Source of the DNA: Amoeboaphelidium occidentale
Lineage: Eukaryota
DNA: 64,000 nucleotides
Assembly (NCBI GenBank): GCA_023515795.1
Contig: JALGPX010000045.1
Coordinates: forward strand, 1-64,000
Direction: 5' to 3'
The notes beneath the pieces were generated by a model. The model searched no databases, was not told where the DNA came from, and was given only the letters and a program-made list of their open reading frames with translations. Shown one piece after another: positions 56,745 to 64,000 of this stretch. Numbering within the stretch: the stretch's first letter is position 1; the number at the start of each line of letters is the position of its first letter. A program made the position numbers and the translations under genes.

Positions 56745-58154
56745 TCACAGTTCGATCGCAGTATTAAATGAAGGATGTAGCGGCAAAGTACCGTTGTTAG
56801 GCTCAGGAATAAAATCCAATAATTTCGCCAACAGATTGTAAACTTCGTAATTCTGGAATGGAGGAAGACGTACTTGCTTCTTGAAATCAGGTCCTGATGC
56901 AATAAAAATAGCAGACATGTCTTCGTACTTGAATGGATCGTATCCATGTGTAGCTTTCAGAAGCTTGTCGCCGTCACGTGTCAGAAAGGAATAAGGTTCC
57001 TCTGCCACTAAAAGTATTGGCGCAATACGTCTGCTATCTGAGTATTTGTATTCCTTCGGTATTTCATCATGTTTGTACACAGAGAAATGAGTATCGATTT
57101 TGGAGTATTCCTTCAGTTTCTTATATAACTCATCAGTTCCATTTGTGTTCTTTGGCCAAAGATGAATAATAGGCGTCGAATCGAATACATTAACTTTGTT
57201 CATATCGATAACTTGATAAATTGGAATAACTTTCTTATCATCCAATGAAGTCATGCCGTGATCGCTCACAATAATCACATTAGTTTTATCAGACCTTCCT
57301 AATTTCTTCAATCCATCAAATAATCGAGCAATAGCAACATCAGCTTTCGTTAAAGAGGCATTTAATGCTTGAGATGACACTCCCGTAGAATGACCAATAG
57401 AGTCTACCTCTGAAAAGTAAAGAGCAGCGAAATCTGGAACACGTTTCTGTTCGTACCAAGAGAGAACAAGGTCTACGCGGTCATTTGGTGTCATATTTGC
57501 TGCTTTAGGATAGTCCAACCAAATATCAGGTTGTCTGCCATTAATTGCAGCTTCAGAACCTGGCCAAAAGCACACAGCAGAGAATTTACCACTTTTGCTT
57601 ACGCTATTCCAAACAGGCTCTCCATTCCACCATTTCCCATCAGAAGGAGGGCCTGGCAACCAAATAGCAAACGTATCGTTATAAACGGGATCCCAAAAGT
57701 GATTTCCGACCATTCCGTTAGCAGAGGGAACCAAACCAGTGACCATCGTGTAGTGATTAGGAAATGTTTTCGATGGGAACTGAGGGATCATACGTTCAGC
57801 TGATACTTCTTCGTCATAAAGTTTCCGAAGCGTTGGCGTTAACCCTCTGTTCAAATACTCAGGGCGAAACCCGTCAATGGACACCAAAATAACAGATCGA
57901 TTCGATGAATTATCGCTAGAATAAGTATCCTTATGTCCTAAAGAAGCCACGGAGATTATGATGGCCATCGCAATAAGGGCAGATATCACAGCAGCGATAA
58001 TGGCGATGGTCATTTTCTTCTTGTACTTTGATGTCTCTTGAGGTTCATGACTTTGGATTTGTCCCTCCAAATCTTCATATTCTGGTGTGAGCAGAAGTGG
58101 AGAATCATGTCCCGGCGTTTCTTGCGGGACCCTTATGGCAGAGTACGTTGTCAT
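56745..58154 (-). CDS. Ectonucleotide pyrophosphatase/phosphodiesterase (type II membrane)
   Basis: VSIDGFR, PSKTFPNHYTMVTGL (catalytic Thr), DSIGH, VSDHGM, HGYD; N-terminal TM helix. Confidence 0.95.
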   Translation of the reverse strand: MTTYSAIRVPQETPGHDSPLLLTPEYEDLEGQIQSHEPQETSKYKKKMTIAIIAAVISALIAMAIIISVASLGHKDTYSSDNSSNRSVILVSIDGFRPEYLNRGLTPTLRKLYDEEVSAERMIPQFPSKTFPNHYTMVTGLVPSANGMVGNHFWDPVYNDTFAIWLPGPPSDGKWWNGEPVWNSVSKSGKFSAVCFWPGSEAAINGRQPDIWLDYPKAANMTPNDRVDLVLSWYEQKRVPDFAALYFSEVDSIGHSTGVSSQALNASLTKADVAIARLFDGLKKLGRSDKTNVIIVSDHGMTSLDDKKVIPIYQVIDMNKVNVFDSTPIIHLWPKNTNGTDELYKKLKEYSKIDTHFSVYKHDEIPKEYKYSDSRRIAPILLVAEEPYSFLTRDGDKLLKATHGYDPFKYEDMSAIFIASGPDFKKQVRLPPFQNYEVYNLLAKLLDFIPEPNNGTLPLHPSFNTAIEL

Positions 58155-58574
58155 TCCGATATCCAGCGTAAGAGATCTTGGAGGTTCCTATTGATCGACT
58201 CAAAAAGGAAAATTCACCAAGCACGTGAAAACCGGGTAAACTGTTTCTAGTAGCGCCAATACTACAGCGACTTTAAGCCCAGAAGTTGGCAAAGGATGGT
58301 CCAATATAATGCATGTTCTGCATATACTGAGGAAGTGACACAAGTTGAAGTAGAGCAACTATGCAAAAGTGTAACCTTCCGCTCATAAGAGATGTCGCTT
58401 CATACAACTTTTAAATGGTTGAAACGCCGCGTTCTTTATTTAACCTTCGTAATTGACAATAGAGAAGCCTCATTTAGATTTTTAAATCTTGTTTCAGTTG
58501 GTTGCTACGGTAGAGGAGCACAAGATTTCCGTTTCAAGCACTTTATCAGGCATATCATAGAAAATATAGACAAT

Positions 58575-61500
58575 ATGGATGATCACGAAGAGTCATGGGA
58601 TGAAGATTTCGAGCTTGAAGATGCTCACAGTAGCACAGGTCAATCGAATACATCTCTGACGATGCCTGGGAAGGAAGAATCATCGCAAGATTATCAATTG
58701 CCATCACTAGACGATGAGCTTAAAGATACTTTCGATGATGTTAGTCTATCAATACGACTGAGGACTACATCAGTCAATAATTTCACAAGAGACAATAGGA
58801 AAACTGTGGTAGGACTCGAAGCAGATCTATTCGAGAAGGAAGATTGGGATCAGGATATGGATATTGTCGGAGATGATATTGAAGGAAAGAAGTTGACATT
58901 ATCTCGACCATCTATGGAGCTCAATTCATCACTGGTCGCTAAATCAGTTGAGAATCTTAGGGCTCTAGATACAAAATTTGCATCACAGAATAATCTCTTG
59001 ACCACAATGAACGAGGAAAAGGAGGATGATATGGAAGACTGGGACAAAGAAATGGGCTTTGAGGATACTGCAGATCGGAAAGATTTGGTAAATGCTTTAC
59101 AGAAGGAACTGAAAACGGCACCAGAGGTTGGCTTCGTTCAAGTTGGAACTGTTTCAATTCCTTCAAGTCATGTCTTGAACACCATAGAAGATGCCAATTA
59201 CGTTATAAGGCTTCCAAAAGCCCCTCAGTTGTTCTCTATGAAGATGCATAATGGGACTAACAAAATACCCGAGATTGAAGTTGAAAAGTGGATTCTAGCG
59301 GTCGTGGAAAAGCACGCACCGAAGCGAAACGTATTGGAAACAGAAGCGCAAATGGCCAAAGATTTGTCGTCAAAAGAACCATTCAGTTCCGACTGGTGTA
59401 AAGCGATTCTATTTGAGTATTTACAATTGTATCGCAAGAATTTGCAAGATAATTGTGAGTTACTATTGCTTAGCTTATTTGAAGAACTGGTATCATATAC
59501 AGCTAAAAAGCCACTCACAAACAAAGAAGCTGACCTATTTGTGCGTTTACTGGCATATCATTTGAAGTGGAAATCTTTCGCGGCGATTCAATTCACGTCA
59601 AGTAAAGAATTTGAAGATCTCAAGAAAAAGAACCGATACTTCACATTAATGATAGAGATTATCCATCTTGAAGGAAAAGCTCATATGAGAGAAAGTCCTA
59701 TAAACCAAATTGAATTGGAATACTCGTCATTATATCAAACTATATTATCAAAGAATAATGGCTTAAACTCCAGCGAAGTTAATCTTTTGAAGCTAACTAT
59801 CCTTGTTGATCTTCAATGCTTAAACTTTTCTTTGTCTCCATTGACAACTGATAGTTTACCTGGAAACAATGATGCGGATTCTGATTTTGAATCAGAAATG
59901 GCTACAGTAATGCATGGACTTGCAATGACACATGATCCTGACTTCAGACTTAAGGAAATCAGCAAAATCTATGATTTATTTCCAGCTTCATTTTTGAAAG
60001 CCAAAGCTGCTTACGTTCTAAGTTTGGTTTACTTTCATGAATTGGGTGATTCTCTTTTGTCTGAAAAACTGGTCTTTGAATCCGTATTTATCCTTGATAA
60101 CATAGCCTCAGAAGCTCAAAATGCACCGCCTATTCTTTCTACACTTGGCTATAATGCATTAAGACTATTTGGAGAAGTTCTCGTAACTAATCAAAAAATT
60201 GCTTATGCGATCCCTTGTTTCGAAGCTGCATTACAGAATTTGTCTGTTAGAAACAAGAAAGTTTCATTCAACCAACTATCAAGTGTAGGATCTATTTGTC
60301 TAGAGGGCGGTCAACTGCAAAGATCGATCAAGTTTTACTACGATGCTCTTGTTCACGTTCAAAAGGAACAGAAGATTAATGAAGCCGTTCACTTGGCCCT
60401 TATGCTAGCAGACCTTCTAGTTTGCGAAGGAAATATTGGAATAGTTGCAAAATTGATGAACGACACTGTCCAATATCTTCAAAATTTAATTCTTGATGCT
60501 GCGTCGAAAATCAGTTTGCTTGCTCTAGATGCAAGAGCCATGTCAAATATTTCTACGTCTATCGCCAAACTACGTCTTCATATGGCTGATCTTTACTTAA
60601 AAGCTGGTTTAGTTGATAAGGCTGTTGTTCTTGTTGAAACTTGTGTTGAAGAAGGAACTGTCGGTGGATATCTTTGGAAGGTTGTACTCTACTTGGCAAG
60701 ATGTTATCAAGAAAAATCGTGGACGAAAGAATCATTGGAGTTGTTGAGATTATTCAAACATATTAAATCCGATGAAAAAATTGATGCAATTCTTAATTCA
60801 ATGGAACAATCAAGTAGTTTTGAGTTCCAGAGAGTTATGGTGAAAATCAAGGAGCAAATGCAGTTTTCACTAGTTGTTGATGTGCAAGAGTTACAAGGAA
60901 AACTAGACTCGTACAAAGTTTTATCTCATTGTCTGGTGGATGCTGGAATGATACAGGAGGCCATCTTGGTGCATTCAAAATGGGCAGAAGAACCTGTAAT
61001 GGATTTAAAACAGCAAGCTAAAATGTTGAGCTTCAAGGGTAAAATAATTGGCCGTTTTAGTTATCCTTCAGCAGACGTGGAGGCTTTGATGCAGATCAAA
61101 AGTAGCGGACTTAAGGGGACCTTATCCATGCTCCCAAAAATTACGAATCGAAGGTCATCAAGTAGTGTTAAAGACAAACAGAATGTATCAGAATCAAACG
61201 TTAGAACAAAGCAAATATCTCGACCAACTGAAATTGGCAAAACGGACGAACAAGTTGTATGCTCGTCTTATGTCGATTTTCAAAAGGCAGAACTTATATA
61301 TCTTACTTTAGGGCTGAACGACAAAGCTATGAAATGCAAATTGAGGCGAATAAGCTGTATTGCAGACTTCATATTTAATGGTGTTGTTTTGAGCAAACAG
61401 GCAGTCAAGGATGTACTAGATAAGATAGATCAGACAGGTCTCTTGAGTAAGAACATGCTGCTAGATGACCTCATTTTGCCAACTATTGAATGCGTCGAAC

Positions 61501-64000
61501 ATTTCGCACGAACAAAGTGCATTATTAGTTTAGCTCAGAGTTATATCGTTCTCTCAGAAATTTACAGACTCAACGACAAAGCTGATCTTTCAGTTGCTTA
61601 TTGGACTTGTTGCAGGGATCTACTTTGGAATTCAATCATTGATGGCTCTAGTTGTCCCCTTATAAATGAACTTCCGGAGAGCAAAGCATACACAATCAAA
61701 GGTGTTCTGAAACGATTAGCTCGCCACCTTATCGCCTCAAGAGACTATCATTTCCTAAAGGCAAACATCATGGTCCTTGATGCATTCATTCAAGCAGATA
61801 TTAGCTACAATTCAGTCGCCCGGTCTACTTTATCTGACACAATTATGCAAGGAAGAAGGAGAATGTCAAAAGGAATGAAGAGAAGTGAATCAAAGTCATC
61901 AAAAAATAATTCAGCTTTGGCTGCGGAAACGACTGATTTCGATTCTATCGGCTCCAAGTTGAGAGCTTCTAAATCTTCTTTACTGCATGCACCTCAGACA
62001 GACAACTTTCAAACTTATCCGCCGCCTTCATCATCAAAGTTTGGCTCGCGAGTACTTGATTTTAGATTACCAGAAAACCTTGTATCATCTGCTATTACTG
62101 CGGATGGATCAAGTAGTCATTGTACAGAATCTGAAAGCCAAAGTATAGTTTCTTCAGAATCTGATGATGTTAGATTCGATTCACATGGTTTGAACTCCAA
62201 GACGAATTCGAAGAATCATGCAGAAATAGCAAGGACTATAAACAACATACTGGGTCTTAGTTTATCACGAAGCTTTACGTTAAAATTGTTTGAAAGAAAG
62301 TATTCTCTGGAGAAATTGTCTAATGAAATGCTGAGCAGTAACTTGAGTTCATGGCTTAACGAATTCGATGTTTACCGCAGCATCAACTCCAAAATCTGGG
62401 CAAAGACAAACTCAAGAGTGGAGCAATCTCAAAAGTTTGGAAAGCAAAGCGTCTACTCTTTCGACGATTTGGCAGAGGCAAGTAACTCTATTGACCATGT
62501 TCTTTACATTGTTCAATTGGATGATTTTATAGCATTTGTTTCACCGAAAATCGGTTTAATGACATGGCAAAGGTAAATGTTAGTCTGTCGTCAGCGTAAT
62601 GTTTTAGAATGGTTCATCCACTTGCTTCTCAAAGTTCTTCAACGCTATCCAAGAGGGACAAAAGTGTAAGAGTAAGGATACCCGACTCAATGAGTGAAAA
62701 TGGTGCGGGCGATTCTAACAAATCAGAGAAATCATTATGTCTGCGGATAAATTTTGCAAAAACGGATACTTTTGCTATATTGGAAGTTTCTGCGAAGTCT
62801 ACATTGCATGACTGTATCAAGTGTTTGTATAAAGCTCAACCTAAGAAGACTCTAGAGAAGACAGTATCCAGCAGCTCAACGAAATCTTTGAATGCTGCTC
62901 AAACAGAAAAGTTTTCAGGAAGCAAGAAAGATCTTTCTGTTGATTCCCAGAAAGAGCAGGAATTGATGCCCAAAGTCTTGGAAATGAGTCCGACTCTAAA
63001 GAAAATCCTAGAGAGTTCTGCTGATGCTCTTATACTCGCAAATGAACAGAATTGTTTTGCAAACCGAATTAAGATAGGCGAAAAGATTGTTTTTGAGAAG
63101 CTTGATTTAAGCACAGATACAGCCATTAGTCAAACGTCTCTCATGGATGTGATACCGCGAAAAGGAGCAAGTCAAGAAACACCCTTTAACCTATTTTGGG
63201 TTCCGATCTACGATGTCACCACAGAATCTTTGATGAAAGAAGAATCTGCTTTACTAAGAAGACAGCAAGAATCCCAGTTTGTACTTCACATGCTGGAAGA
63301 TACCAAAGATGATCTTGGTGAAAGTGGTAATCTTAGTTCAAGTAAATGGCAACAGACCATTCGAGACATGAGACTACATACTTTTCCACGACTACAAGCA
63401 GCCCTTCTGCAATTATACTCTGAATCTGAAACGAAGTCTCCTACAACCCGGAAGGATAACAGGATGGACAAAATGATAACTCCTTTAATTTGCTCCGTCG
63501 CTTACCAAGCATACCCGTGGGAGTTGATACTGAGAACTGGTCATATAATAAGAAGTTTCTCGATAACAGCAGCAGCATTTTCATCGTTGAATATAAACTC
63601 TGATGATTCTGCTTGGACCATGATGCCTCCGAAGAATCGCCTGAAAGAACACAAAGCAAGATTTTTAACAGCTTATTATGGAGACGAGACAAGTCCATTC
63701 TTAAAGGCAGATAAGTCCAGAAAACATAAAGTTGGAATCGATGCCGTGAATCTATTGAATGGCAATCGACTGATAAGAAAACCAATCTCTCAACAAGATC
63801 AATGTGTACAATACCCAATGCATTGTCCGCTTATATCACAGCCAAAGAAAATATCCTCATACAAGCGACGATACAAATATTTTAAGTTTATTGATTTAAC
63901 AACAGCTGATGCTCACAAAAATTCTCCCAGTTCTTTGGTGTCAGGTTATTCAAGTCAGTTTTATCCAGTTTTCTTTTTCACCCTGGGAGATCTTTACGAA
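58575..64000 (+). CDS. Large TPR-like helical protein with acidic WD motifs and a CHAT/separase-like PWE motif (runs off window)
   Basis: ATG 58575; intron 62573-62607 continues the frame, open to 64000; LICSVAYQAYPWELIL...IIRSFS near 63490-63565. Confidence 0.7.

Noticed and set aside
569..63818. Many 60-150 aa antisense or alternate-frame ORFs in the track (e.g. 569-811, 2588-2986, 47787-48134, 53337-53636, 63441-63818)
   Set aside because: Ser/Phe/Leu-rich shadows of E/K/Q-rich genes on the other strand, with no motifs
49257..64000. Functional cohesin cluster (SMC1 plus a separase-like gene)
   Set aside because: Five unrelated genes lie between them, and the separase identity and catalytic dyad are not established

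Overview
This is a very compact eukaryotic genome segment in the standard genetic code; conserved genes end in TAA, TAG or TGA. It holds about 34 densely packed protein genes. I delimited 27 GT-AG spliceosomal introns of only 31-48 nt by eye, and many intergenic gaps are 3-60 nt. The gene content (eukaryotic ferritin, DEK, beta-carbonic anhydrase, Spd1-like RNR inhibitor, Crinkler-type NTPase/REase gene, GH45/expansin-like secreted protein) suggests an early-diverging fungus or fungal sister lineage (chytrid/aphelid/rozellid-like); this is inference. Housekeeping genes include SEC7, UPF2, SMC1, ING, EMC5 (missed by the ORF track), panB, HMG-CoA lyase, cystathionine beta-lyase, AMMECR1, an F-BAR protein, TVP38, an RCC1/FMP25-like protein, ENPP, RGS and bZIP. 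The most unusual signals are: (1) a 163-nt direct-repeat-flanked insertion inside the PIP5K catalytic domain, which may be a new intron, a gene fission or a pseudogenising event; (2) a three-unit tandem array built from the carbonic anhydrase 3' end and the AMMECR1 upstream region, carrying an orphan gene, in which the most diverged copy lacks the intron exactly; (3) two effector-like nuclease-fold genes, each interrupted by one TAA; (4) a large TPR protein with a CHAT/separase-like motif; and (5) a multi-hairpin intergenic element. Four N-gaps with duplicated, slightly different flanks are assembly artefacts. No rRNA, tRNA or CRISPR array was found. All family calls come from motif recognition, not database searches.
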